From the IMG/VR virus record IMGVR_UViG_3300048575_000513, positions 1 to 54,276 of that record: DNA of 54,276 nucleotides; one strand, given 5' to 3'. The notes below the pieces were generated by a model that saw only the letters and a program-made list of their open reading frames with translations, did not search any database and had not been told where the DNA came from. This document shows positions 46,066-54,276 of this stretch, piece by piece. Source of the DNA: a virus (Duplodnaviria > Caudoviricetes). Numbering within the stretch: position 1 is the stretch's first letter; every line of letters begins with the position of its first letter. The position numbers were made by a program, and so were the translations under genes.

Positions 46066-47388
46066 ATGGAAGAAATAAAATTAGACCCATCTGGCGGCGG
46101 CTTGATTACTCTTACGGGGCCAGGTGGTTCAAAAAAATACACAACGGTTAAAAATCGCGTAAAAGCGTTCACCAGCGGGATTGTTGGAGAAGTAATGTTC
46201 GCGGTCGACGGCATGCTAAGCGGCCGGTCTATACCATACACATCATTTCAGGATGCAAATGGCGATTCATTTGCGGGTGTAGATGCGGTATTAGTGTACG
46301 TTCAGGCAAATTTTAATATGGCCTCCGGCGGTGGTGCTACGCCTGGCGAGCTGGAGGCCGTACTAAACGAGGCGAATGATTATACAGATTTAAAAATTGC
46401 TGTTCCGGCTATGTTTTTAAGCGGAGATCAATTTGTGGTAACTAAATGGTACAAACCTGATGGGAAGACGGAAACAACCTATTCAGATCCGGAGGCCGTT
46501 CCTTTTGTTACGCTAAAATCGGGTACGCCGCCGGAAACTTTGCCGGCTCCTATTTTTGGGACTGTTTCTAAAACAGCCAGCTCTTTCAGCATCCCGGTTA
46601 CAAATCTACCTTCTGACGCTACTGTAGAGTGGACGTTTGATGGCGTGATAGATAATCTGCAAACCGGAACGCCATTTGTAAAATCGGGATTGACTGCTGA
46701 AACAGAATATAGTGTTTCTGCCAGGTTTTTAAAACCAGGGTTAACGGACGGGCCTTCCTCTGAAATATCTGTAACTACAAACGCAGAGGGAGGTAGCTAC
46801 GTTGTAGAGCGCCGTATTAAGATAAATCCAGAAGGTGAATATTCATCTCCTTCAGGCGTGTCGGGCTGGAATGATCTGCTTGTTTCTAATGCAGATATAG
46901 CAGAAGACGGAGGCTATGATTCCGGCTTTTTAAATACTGCCACCGGCGCAAACACAGCGATAAAAATAACTGCACCAAAATCCTGGTCCGGTACTAATGC
47001 ACAAGTATTAAGCCCGTGGCCTTCAGGTGCGCTACTTCCAGAGTTAATAGGGAATAACGGATTTAAATGGGATGCCTGGGATAGTACACCATCAATACAG
47101 ATAGCGGGTCTGGATCCTGTCAAATATTACCAGGTGTACGTTGCGGCGCTCTCGAACGAAGGCCCTACTGACGAAATGAATATCGCCATTGGAGCGGATG
47201 TTAAATCTAAAGTCACCTATAATAATTACGGGGTAAATGCCGATCCAGAGATGGAATCCCCGATGTGGGTAGTATTCAACAACAAACAAGGCAGTAGCAT
47301 TACTATAGATTTTTCAAAGAAAGCGGGAGGTGTATCGTTCAACGTTGTAGCTATTGTTATTGAGGAATCCTCTGTACCTAAACCATAA
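46066..47388 (+). CDS. FN3-containing protein (probable virion appendage)
   Basis: FVKSGLTAETEYSVSAR FN3 motif; IAGLDPVKYYQVYV. Confidence 0.6.
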   Translation: MEEIKLDPSGGGLITLTGPGGSKKYTTVKNRVKAFTSGIVGEVMFAVDGMLSGRSIPYTSFQDANGDSFAGVDAVLVYVQANFNMASGGGATPGELEAVLNEANDYTDLKIAVPAMFLSGDQFVVTKWYKPDGKTETTYSDPEAVPFVTLKSGTPPETLPAPIFGTVSKTASSFSIPVTNLPSDATVEWTFDGVIDNLQTGTPFVKSGLTAETEYSVSARFLKPGLTDGPSSEISVTTNAEGGSYVVERRIKINPEGEYSSPSGVSGWNDLLVSNADIAEDGGYDSGFLNTATGANTAIKITAPKSWSGTNAQVLSPWPSGALLPELIGNNGFKWDAWDSTPSIQIAGLDPVKYYQVYVAALSNEGPTDEMNIAIGADVKSKVTYNNYGVNADPEMESPMWVVFNNKQGSSITIDFSKKAGGVSFNVVAIVIEESSVPKP

Positions 47389-47390
47389 TA

Positions 47391-48482
47391 ATGATACCAT
47401 TACGAAGAGGCAAAGTTTTTTTATCTGCACCCGCGCCGGTGGATGGGTTGGTATTGGAGATACTTTTCAATGCCCCCGCTTCCGGCGCTACTGTTAGCAT
47501 TCCTGAGGTCAAGCATAATAAAAGCAAATGGGTGTGCTTTGAGATGGATGATGCTTCTAAGACGCTATACTCTGTTTGGAACAGTAAGCTAAAAAATACG
47601 TACTACACAGACGGTTGCGGCAATAATATACCCTTTGGATGTGGTGTGGCAGTCAACGGAAGAGACCAGGGAGATAACTCCGAAATAGGAACAAATTCTA
47701 ACGCTCTTACTTATGCTGAACGTTTGGAAATGCTTCCTTTCGGACTTGACGTAATGAATCATAGTTTCTATCATGACCCCTTCGGTAATTATAATAATGG
47801 TGATAATGCGGAGCTGAACACGTCCATGCTTGATGATATGATCTTTGAGAAGATGGGCTATAAGATGTCCTGCCTGGTAGTGCCGACAAATTACGATGGT
47901 TATATGACTGCAGCAGCTGCTTTAGGTTATATAGGTGGCAGCTCTACCGGCACGTTCGACTCGTTCCAGCCTTATCCCGAATGGACCACCCAGGGATATA
48001 TCAATGATATTGCATCAGCGGCATATTCGGCCATCCGGAGGGACTTTACCGACAATTGGACAAATGCCGGACCGCAATGGGCGCTTAACAATAAATTGTT
48101 TGATGATGGTTTTAGTTTTTACGCCATAGGCACGCACGGAGTTTATGCTGGTGCAGACGAAGCAAACTTTAATGCGTGGATAGATGACCTGGTGAGCCGG
48201 GGCGGCGATAACCTACTCTTTACTTCGTTACGCGAAATGCTCGAATATCGGTATTTGAGAGGTAAGATAGCATTATCTCCTTCTACAGATGGCAATAAAT
48301 TAAATGTTGCTATAGATAGTGCTGCTGTAGATAATAACCGGATCAGCTGGCAGGATCTCTCGTTCGTTGTTTCCGGCTCCCAAACCATTGTTTCTGCGAC
48401 TTGCACTGATCCGTCCTACTCTATTTCCTTTAACCCGATAACCCGATTAATCAATATTAAAAAAAGAAAATCAACATGGTAA
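47391..48482 (+). CDS. Polysaccharide deacetylase-like (CE4/NodB) protein
   Basis: FEMDDA, DVMNHSFYH, IGTHGV and FTSLREML motifs. Confidence 0.7.
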   Translation: MIPLRRGKVFLSAPAPVDGLVLEILFNAPASGATVSIPEVKHNKSKWVCFEMDDASKTLYSVWNSKLKNTYYTDGCGNNIPFGCGVAVNGRDQGDNSEIGTNSNALTYAERLEMLPFGLDVMNHSFYHDPFGNYNNGDNAELNTSMLDDMIFEKMGYKMSCLVVPTNYDGYMTAAAALGYIGGSSTGTFDSFQPYPEWTTQGYINDIASAAYSAIRRDFTDNWTNAGPQWALNNKLFDDGFSFYAIGTHGVYAGADEANFNAWIDDLVSRGGDNLLFTSLREMLEYRYLRGKIALSPSTDGNKLNVAIDSAAVDNNRISWQDLSFVVSGSQTIVSATCTDPSYSISFNPITRLINIKKRKSTW

Positions 48483-49600
48483 AAAAAATTATAGCGCTAC
48501 TGCTAATAGTAGCATGCTTAAATGTGCACGCACAAACGCCCAAAACGATTAAAGCTGCGTATGAGATTCAGCAGGCGGATAACAAAAAGACAAACGCGCG
48601 TATTGATAGTCTGATTCGGCTTTTCCCTACACAGCCCGAACCGGGTAATGTTGACACAGTGGTTTTAGAACCGGTTAAAAGTAATATAGAAAGCTATGTG
48701 AACGCTTATTATACATCCTCCAACACTGTTACTGATGTGTCCGGGGCGGTTACTGACCTGAAAGCTATAAAGGGCGTCAACCTACCTTATGTCGGCTTGC
48801 CCACTCCAACATTAGAAAGGCCATTTTTGGCAAACGGCGAACTTGTCTTCAGGAATCAGCCAGACGCTAATTTTAAGATCCAGGTTAGAGACAATAATAA
48901 GCCCTTCTCATTACCGGAAGAGGTAACGATTATCTTTAGAAAAATGCCGGGAACGAACTATGAGGCGCTATACAGCGGATGGGGTAATTATTACATTGGA
49001 TTCGCTGCAATTGACGATTTAAGGGCATTAAGGAGCGACACTTATTTTTCCAAAAAATCACCGCTCAAATACTTTGAGCTATCCTTTATTCATGTGCGGT
49101 ACGAAGACGCAGGAAACGGTAAAGGAAAAGCCAAGGCCTGGGTAAACGGTACCTACATGGGGGAAATAATCACCCCTGATGCAGACTGGCCGAGGCGGTT
49201 GGGCTATGGCGTAGGAATTGAAACCAACTCAACCGATTTTAACTGGCTTGCCTCAATGTTTATTGAGCGGGGAATGTCTGATCAGGAAAGGGAGGAATAC
49301 TTTAAAGAAATCTGGAATGCTTACAAAATCGGCTCTTTACCTTCCCTGCCGTATGCCAGCGACATCAAGGTGGTGGAGCAGTCGGGGAAGCTAACAGCAT
49401 CCTACAAGTATAACGGGGCTAACGCTGAAGATAAAAGCAAAGTGCAATACCAATGGTATAAGCTCAGTCCAAATTTGGGGAATCAAAAGCTAATCTCCAC
49501 CGATGCCAGTATTACTAAGCAGTCAGGTATAAAGGTTTGCGTAAAGGTGACTGATATCAAGGGTAATAATTGGATGTATGTGAGTGGAACTTATAACTAA
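48476..49600 (+). CDS. Signal-peptide protein with lectin-like (ConA/LamG-like) beta-sandwich
   Basis: MVKKIIALLLIVACLNVHAQ signal peptide; KAWVNG strand. Confidence 0.55.
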   Translation: MVKKIIALLLIVACLNVHAQTPKTIKAAYEIQQADNKKTNARIDSLIRLFPTQPEPGNVDTVVLEPVKSNIESYVNAYYTSSNTVTDVSGAVTDLKAIKGVNLPYVGLPTPTLERPFLANGELVFRNQPDANFKIQVRDNNKPFSLPEEVTIIFRKMPGTNYEALYSGWGNYYIGFAAIDDLRALRSDTYFSKKSPLKYFELSFIHVRYEDAGNGKGKAKAWVNGTYMGEIITPDADWPRRLGYGVGIETNSTDFNWLASMFIERGMSDQEREEYFKEIWNAYKIGSLPSLPYASDIKVVEQSGKLTASYKYNGANAEDKSKVQYQWYKLSPNLGNQKLISTDASITKQSGIKVCVKVTDIKGNNWMYVSGTYN

Positions 49601-49626
49601 ATTTTAAAACATAAAAATCTAAAATA

Positions 49627-49893
49627 ATGGCACTAATAAGACAGGTAAGATGTCATGAAAATAGTCGCATGTGGGCTTATGTGGAATGGTCGGATGAGAA
49701 TCCAAATCATTTTACGTTATTGGGAGGTAAAGAGTTTCCGACAAAAGAAGAAGCGGAAGATTTCTCTAAAGGGTTTGAACCATTTGGTTATGAATGGACA
49801 GAGCCAGCAGATTTAAAAACTAAACGCCTCACCGAAGAAAAAGAGCGCTTACAAATACGGCTATCCGAAATTGAAAAGGAGCTTAAATTATGA
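49627..49893 (+). CDS. Hypothetical protein
   Basis: 88 aa, coupled to the endolysin gene. Confidence 0.55.
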   Translation: MALIRQVRCHENSRMWAYVEWSDENPNHFTLLGGKEFPTKEEAEDFSKGFEPFGYEWTEPADLKTKRLTEEKERLQIRLSEIEKELKL

Positions 49894-50348
49894 AAATCAC
49901 AAAAACAGGTCAGAAGGGCATCGATCTTATAAAGTATTTTGAAAGCTTTGGTGCAAAGCCTTATTTATGCCCTGCAGGTGTGCCAACAATCGGTTACGGA
50001 ACAACACGATATCCTTCGGGCCAAAAAGTAACCCTGAAGGATAAGCCTATTACACAGGCCCAGGCAATGGATTACCTTAAATACGATCTAAAACGCTTTG
50101 AATTGGCTGTAGATGCGTTGATAAGAGATGATATTAGCCAGAACCAATTTGACGCCCTTGTGAGCTTCACCTATAACCTGGGTGAGGGTAATTTGAAAGC
50201 GTCCAGGCTGGCGAAAAAAGTAAATATCAATCCGAAAGACCCGGCCATCGCAAAAGAGTTCGCAAAGTGGGTTAACGCAGACGGGAAGAAACTGGACGGG
50301 TTGGTGAAGAGGCGAAAGGCAGAAGTGGATTTGTATTTTTTAAAATAG
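49890..50348 (+). CDS. Endolysin, GH24 lysozyme
   Basis: IKYFE...YLCPAGVPTIGYG...QNQFDALVSFTYNLG...GLVKRRKAE. Confidence 0.93.
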   Translation: MKITKTGQKGIDLIKYFESFGAKPYLCPAGVPTIGYGTTRYPSGQKVTLKDKPITQAQAMDYLKYDLKRFELAVDALIRDDISQNQFDALVSFTYNLGEGNLKASRLAKKVNINPKDPAIAKEFAKWVNADGKKLDGLVKRRKAEVDLYFLK

Positions 50349-50378
50349 TTTTTTAGCAAGTATTAATTATGAATCCGG

Positions 50379-50403
50379 CCCCTGTTTCTACAGGGGTTTT
50401 TTT
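50379..50403 (+). terminator. Intrinsic terminator after the endolysin gene
   Basis: CCCCTGT-TTCT-ACAGGGG followed by T7. Confidence 0.8.
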
Positions 50404-50586
50404 GTGCAAAAAATATTTAAAAAAAACTGTAAAATTATTTGATCAAATGTAGCAAATCAAAAATCTTTTGATGAACGTCTAAATGAATTTGTAGCGGGAG
50501 TTGGTTACCCATATACTAAGGAACAGGCTATCAACGTCTTTATTAATACAGCAGGGATCGATTTTGGAAACCCAACAGGGGCGGTA

Positions 50587-50856
50587 ATGGCGGCTATGCT
50601 AAATCGTAACAATACTATTCGCATCTACGCTTCAAAGAAATCTTCTGTAATGTGGTCTGCTGACAGCCTGCACGATTTTAAGGCACCTATAAGTATTTGG
50701 TGCGGAGAGTTGACAGAAGATGATATGAATAATTGTTACATACTAAATGAATTTTTTCCACGCAAAGAATTGACTTATCTAAGGGAAAAACCTTGCCTTT
50801 GGATAGATGATTTTCAATCTGTTGAGGAATATAAAGAATACTACAATGTGGCATAA
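50587..50856 (+). CDS. Hypothetical protein, probably 5'-truncated
   Basis: Frame is open from 50443 without ATG/GTG/TTG until 50587. Confidence 0.45.
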   Translation: MAAMLNRNNTIRIYASKKSSVMWSADSLHDFKAPISIWCGELTEDDMNNCYILNEFFPRKELTYLREKPCLWIDDFQSVEEYKEYYNVA

Positions 50857-51277
50857 AATATTCTTCAACGCACAATCAATACAGGGTGAGACCGGTAGCT
50901 CTGTATTGATAAAAATGCCTAATCGAAGTAAAAATTATAATGGGTGGTATTTTTGGCACCCGGCAAAACTGGTTCGTGAGCAAGGTGGAAAGGGTTATCA
51001 TATGACCTTTTCATTCAATGATGAATGGGTTTTTAAAGTAAAACTATACGGTCGTGGTAGATATAACTCTCGCGATGTAATTAGAGAGGCTGAACTCAAC
51101 GCATCTCAAATGATGTCCGAGTTTGGTGTTGTTGATGAAAATGTTAACGACAGCGTGGAAATGGAGACTATTAAAATCATCGAAAAAGAAACCGTCATTA
51201 CAGAGGTTCAGCACCATATACCGGAGCAAAAGCAACCTGTAGTAGACAATACTATTAATGGCTTAAAATGCAATTAA
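50846..51277 (+). CDS. Hypothetical phage protein
   Basis: SVLIKMPNRS...GWYFWHPAKLVR; start moved to 50846. Confidence 0.65.
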   Translation: MWHKIFFNAQSIQGETGSSVLIKMPNRSKNYNGWYFWHPAKLVREQGGKGYHMTFSFNDEWVFKVKLYGRGRYNSRDVIREAELNASQMMSEFGVVDENVNDSVEMETIKIIEKETVITEVQHHIPEQKQPVVDNTINGLKCN

Positions 51278-52491
51278 CCGCCTCCCAATCAGAAGCCCAC
51301 GCAAAAGCATCTGAATGGCTCTGCTTTGCCCTGTTCATGACTATGGGCACGGGTAAGACCCGGGTAGCTGTAGAGTTGGCTAATCAGAGGGATTGCGATC
51401 TATTGGTTTACATTGCGCCATTGCGGTTAATTGATCCCAAAGACCCGGAAATTAAATCTGTAAAGGAAGAAGTTGCTAAATGGGGAGGATTCAAAGCAAA
51501 GGAGGTGATTTATATAGGTGTGGAAACCATCGGGCAAAGCGACCGGCAATATTTGCAGGTGTATAATAAAATTCGTACCGCCTGGAATCCGATGATTATT
51601 GTTGATGAAAGCATCAAAGTCAAAAACCATGACGCCAAGCGCACAAAAAGGGTATTGGAATTGGGTAAGATGGCGGGTAATAAGTTAATCTTGAATGGAG
51701 AGCCGATAACCCGTGATCTGTTAGACATTTACCCGCAAATGCAATTCCTTGACCCACGCATACTGAATATGAGTTTGGCAGAGTTTAAGAACACGTTTTG
51801 CAAATACACAACCATCATTAAGTACAATGGCAGGCATCGGGAAATAGGCCGCAAAGAGTTTATTACCGGGTATGAAAATATTGATTATCTATATTCTCTG
51901 ATAGGTCAGTATGTGTACGAGTGTGATTTAGACCTGGGAGTAAAACAAATATTTGAAACCAAATATTACACCCTTGACGATGAGGCTCAAGAGCAATACA
52001 CTTATTTAAAGGAAAAGTATTTGGATGATGAAATGTTGCTCTTAAAGAACAATAACATATTCCTGGAACTCACAATGAAAATGCAACACCAGTACTGTAT
52101 AACGCCTGAAAAATTTGATTTAGTAGACGGTTGGATTAAAGATAAGGCAGAGGATAAGCTGATTATTTATTGTAAGTATATCGCCAGCCGGGAGACCTGT
52201 CAGAAACGTTATCCCAAATCCGTTGTACTTAATTACAAAAGCGGCTCACATGGCTATAATTTGCAGGATAGGCCGTATATGATATTCTTCGATGGAACCT
52301 TTGACTGGGGAGATGTAAGCCAGGGAATGAAGCGCAATTTTCGGTTAGGGCAGAAAATGGATTGTAGATACTTGACTTTGGAAGGGAATGTAAATCTTGA
52401 AACTCTCATCCGGAAAAACAACGATAAAAAAGCCCACATGGCTGAATATTTTAAAACGACAGGTAGAAACTATGGCGAAAAGGTATCTTGA
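51268..52491 (+). CDS. SNF2-like (superfamily 2) helicase
   Basis: MGTGKT, IIVDES, LNGEP and QGMKRNFRLGQ motifs. Confidence 0.85.
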   Translation: MQLTASQSEAHAKASEWLCFALFMTMGTGKTRVAVELANQRDCDLLVYIAPLRLIDPKDPEIKSVKEEVAKWGGFKAKEVIYIGVETIGQSDRQYLQVYNKIRTAWNPMIIVDESIKVKNHDAKRTKRVLELGKMAGNKLILNGEPITRDLLDIYPQMQFLDPRILNMSLAEFKNTFCKYTTIIKYNGRHREIGRKEFITGYENIDYLYSLIGQYVYECDLDLGVKQIFETKYYTLDDEAQEQYTYLKEKYLDDEMLLLKNNNIFLELTMKMQHQYCITPEKFDLVDGWIKDKAEDKLIIYCKYIASRETCQKRYPKSVVLNYKSGSHGYNLQDRPYMIFFDGTFDWGDVSQGMKRNFRLGQKMDCRYLTLEGNVNLETLIRKNNDKKAHMAEYFKTTGRNYGEKVS

Positions 52492-53668
52492 TATAAATGT
52501 TTACGAAGCAGCAAAGGATCGAATCCGAAAGGTTTATGAAGACTTTGAAAAGGTTTACGTTTCCTTCTCCGGCGGAAAGGATAGCGGCGTGATGCTTGAA
52601 TTAGCGATCGAAGTGGCCAGAGAAATGAACCGCTTGCCGGTGAACGCCTTATATATCGATCTGGAAGCTCAATACAGAAATACAATAGAATATGTTGAGC
52701 GAATGAATGCCCGGCCGGAAATTAAAATGGATTGGGTTTGTTTGCCTTTAAATCTTCGCAATGCAGTAAGTCAGTTACAAGTAAACTGGACGTGTTGGGA
52801 TGAGCAGGCAAAAGATATTTGGGTTCGAGATATGCCGGGATGCGCAATATCGGATGTAAATAAATGGGGGTGGTTTAAAAAAGGAATGGAGTTCGAGCGC
52901 TTCATTATTGATTATGCCTATGAGGTGGCCCAGGGAGAAAGATGCTGTACCCTGGTTGGTATAAGGGCTCAGGAAAGCCTTAACCGTTACCTGGCGGTAG
53001 CATCTCATACTGTTGAAGATAAGCCTAAATGGAAGGATTATAAATGGACCTCCCAGATCAGAAAGAACCTTTACAACGCTTATCCTCTTTACGATTGGCA
53101 GACGGAAGATATATGGATTGCTAACGGCAAATTCGGATGGGATTATAACCGGATATACGACCTTTTCAATATGGCCAATGTTCCGATGAAGGACATGCGT
53201 ATCTGTCAACCGTACGGAGATGATCAGAAAAAGGGATTATATCTGTTCAAGGTACTGGAGCATGATACCTGGACTAAAATATTAAACCGCGTAGCGGGTG
53301 TTAATTACGGTGAAAGGTACGTGCATGATATGGCTATGGCCGATCAAGGTAAAATATACCTGCCCCCGGGCCACACTTACAAAAGCTATGCTGAATTGTT
53401 GCTGGCTACTATGCCAGAAGAAGCAGCTGCTAATTACCGGGATAAAATAAATAAGTTCATCACCTGGTGGCAAAAAGAAGGATATGCCGAAATTCCTGAT
53501 TACGGAGATGTACGGCTGGAGAGCAAGAAGAAGTTTCCGTCATGGAGGCGCATTGTAAAGGTTTTGCTTAAAAACGACTATGCTTGTAAAGGGCTTTCCT
53601 TTGCATTAACCAAACAAGATAAAGAACGCCAGTACCAAATGATTATGAAATACAATGAATTATTATGA
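52472..53668 (+). CDS. ibrA: PAPS-reductase-like DUF3440 protein (IbrA/YbdN family)
   Basis: SFSGGKDS PP-loop, GIRAQESLNR, YPLYDW, MRICQPYGDDQ and PSWRRI motifs. Confidence 0.88.
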   Translation: MAKRYLDINVYEAAKDRIRKVYEDFEKVYVSFSGGKDSGVMLELAIEVAREMNRLPVNALYIDLEAQYRNTIEYVERMNARPEIKMDWVCLPLNLRNAVSQLQVNWTCWDEQAKDIWVRDMPGCAISDVNKWGWFKKGMEFERFIIDYAYEVAQGERCCTLVGIRAQESLNRYLAVASHTVEDKPKWKDYKWTSQIRKNLYNAYPLYDWQTEDIWIANGKFGWDYNRIYDLFNMANVPMKDMRICQPYGDDQKKGLYLFKVLEHDTWTKILNRVAGVNYGERYVHDMAMADQGKIYLPPGHTYKSYAELLLATMPEEAAANYRDKINKFITWWQKEGYAEIPDYGDVRLESKKKFPSWRRIVKVLLKNDYACKGLSFALTKQDKERQYQMIMKYNELL

Positions 53669-54276
53669 CAGAAATATTAGATAAGATAAAAGAGGCAAAA
53701 GATTTGCCGGTTGCCGAAAAAGTAGAGTTATATAATCAGGTAACCCTGGCCTTAAAAGATATGTTGGGGTGGGATCACCCGGTTTTAGCTGTTCAGCTTG
53801 TGCCGCTGGATAAGGTTGTAGCCAACGATTACAACCCCAATAAAGTCGCACCGCCGGAGATGAGGTTACTTAAGCTTTCAATAACAAAAGACGGGTTAAC
53901 TATGCCTTCTGTGGCAGCTCAGGGGGATGACGGCAATTATACAATTGTTGATGGATTTCACCGTACAACGACTGTTAAGGGCAGCAAATCAATATCAGAA
54001 AGTATGGGCGGATATATGCCAGTATCATTACTTAATAAAAACCTTGAAGACAGAATAACATCTACTGTAAGGCATAATATGGCTCGTGGGGCACACCAAA
54101 CAGAATTATCGAGTCGGTTAATAACCATGCTTAAAGATCATAACTGGAGTGATGCGCGCATAGGTAAAGAATTGGGTATGGAGGCGGATGAGCTATTAAG
54201 GCTCAAACAGGTATCTGGCTTAGCAGATCTATTTAAGGATAAAGAATTTTCAAAGTCATGGGAATCGGAAAATTAG
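53665..54276 (+). CDS. ibrB: ParB/Srx-like protein (IbrB/YbdM family)
   Basis: ANDYNPNKVAPPEM, VDGFHR, STVRHNMARG and ELLRLKQ...FSKSW motifs. Confidence 0.9.
   Translation: MTEILDKIKEAKDLPVAEKVELYNQVTLALKDMLGWDHPVLAVQLVPLDKVVANDYNPNKVAPPEMRLLKLSITKDGLTMPSVAAQGDDGNYTIVDGFHRTTTVKGSKSISESMGGYMPVSLLNKNLEDRITSTVRHNMARGAHQTELSSRLITMLKDHNWSDARIGKELGMEADELLRLKQVSGLADLFKDKEFSKSWESEN

Larger units (their letters stand above)
1..54276. mobile_element. Temperate siphovirus/prophage of a Bacteroidota host
   Basis: Integrase, repressor region, replication, terminase-portal-capsid-tail-TMP and lysis modules in lambdoid-like order; no sheath gene seen; Bacteroidota-type promoters. Confidence 0.93.

Noticed and set aside
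5016-53851. Many antisense ORFs in the six-frame track (for example 5016-5561, 10301-10777, 22250-22837, 52775-53209)
   Set aside because: Shadow frames of well-supported genes, with no motifs or leaders
1-54276. attL/attR direct repeats or an alternative genetic code
   Set aside because: The window starts and ends at stop codons, so any att sites probably lie outside it; long genes are intact in the standard code

Overview
The window looks like an essentially complete temperate siphovirus or prophage (~54 kb) of a Bacteroidota host; the host inference rests on TAnnTTTG -7 promoter boxes, AT-rich leaders mostly lacking a Shine-Dalgarno sequence, and Bacteroidota-type integrase and DUF3853 genes. 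Gene order: tyrosine integrase and leftward immunity operon (1-4040); early recombination and replication genes (Rad50-like ATPase, RecT/Bet, HNH, split MBL-fold nuclease, initiator, DnaB, RuvC-like; 4222-15176); packaging genes, portal and MuF minor head protein (15225-21289); an inverted accessory island with tRNA-Phe, a tRNA-like RNA, structured RNAs and a KTSC protein (21421-24691); head and tail genes (24843-43290); lysis and cargo genes (43678-50348); and a SNF2-IbrA-IbrB module (51268-54276). No att site is visible. The three strongest candidates for new biology are: (1) an MBL nuclease gene broken inside its HxHxDH motif by CGA-A-CGA directly after an 11-bp hairpin, which suggests programmed 4-nt ribosomal hopping; (2) a MuF head protein with a CdiA-like nuclease tail, no downstream immunity ORF and a convergent small structured RNA with its own promoter and terminator, a candidate RNA antitoxin; (3) a KTSC-linked cluster of tRNA-like and pseudoknotted RNAs. 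All family calls come from reading motifs by eye; no database searches were run.
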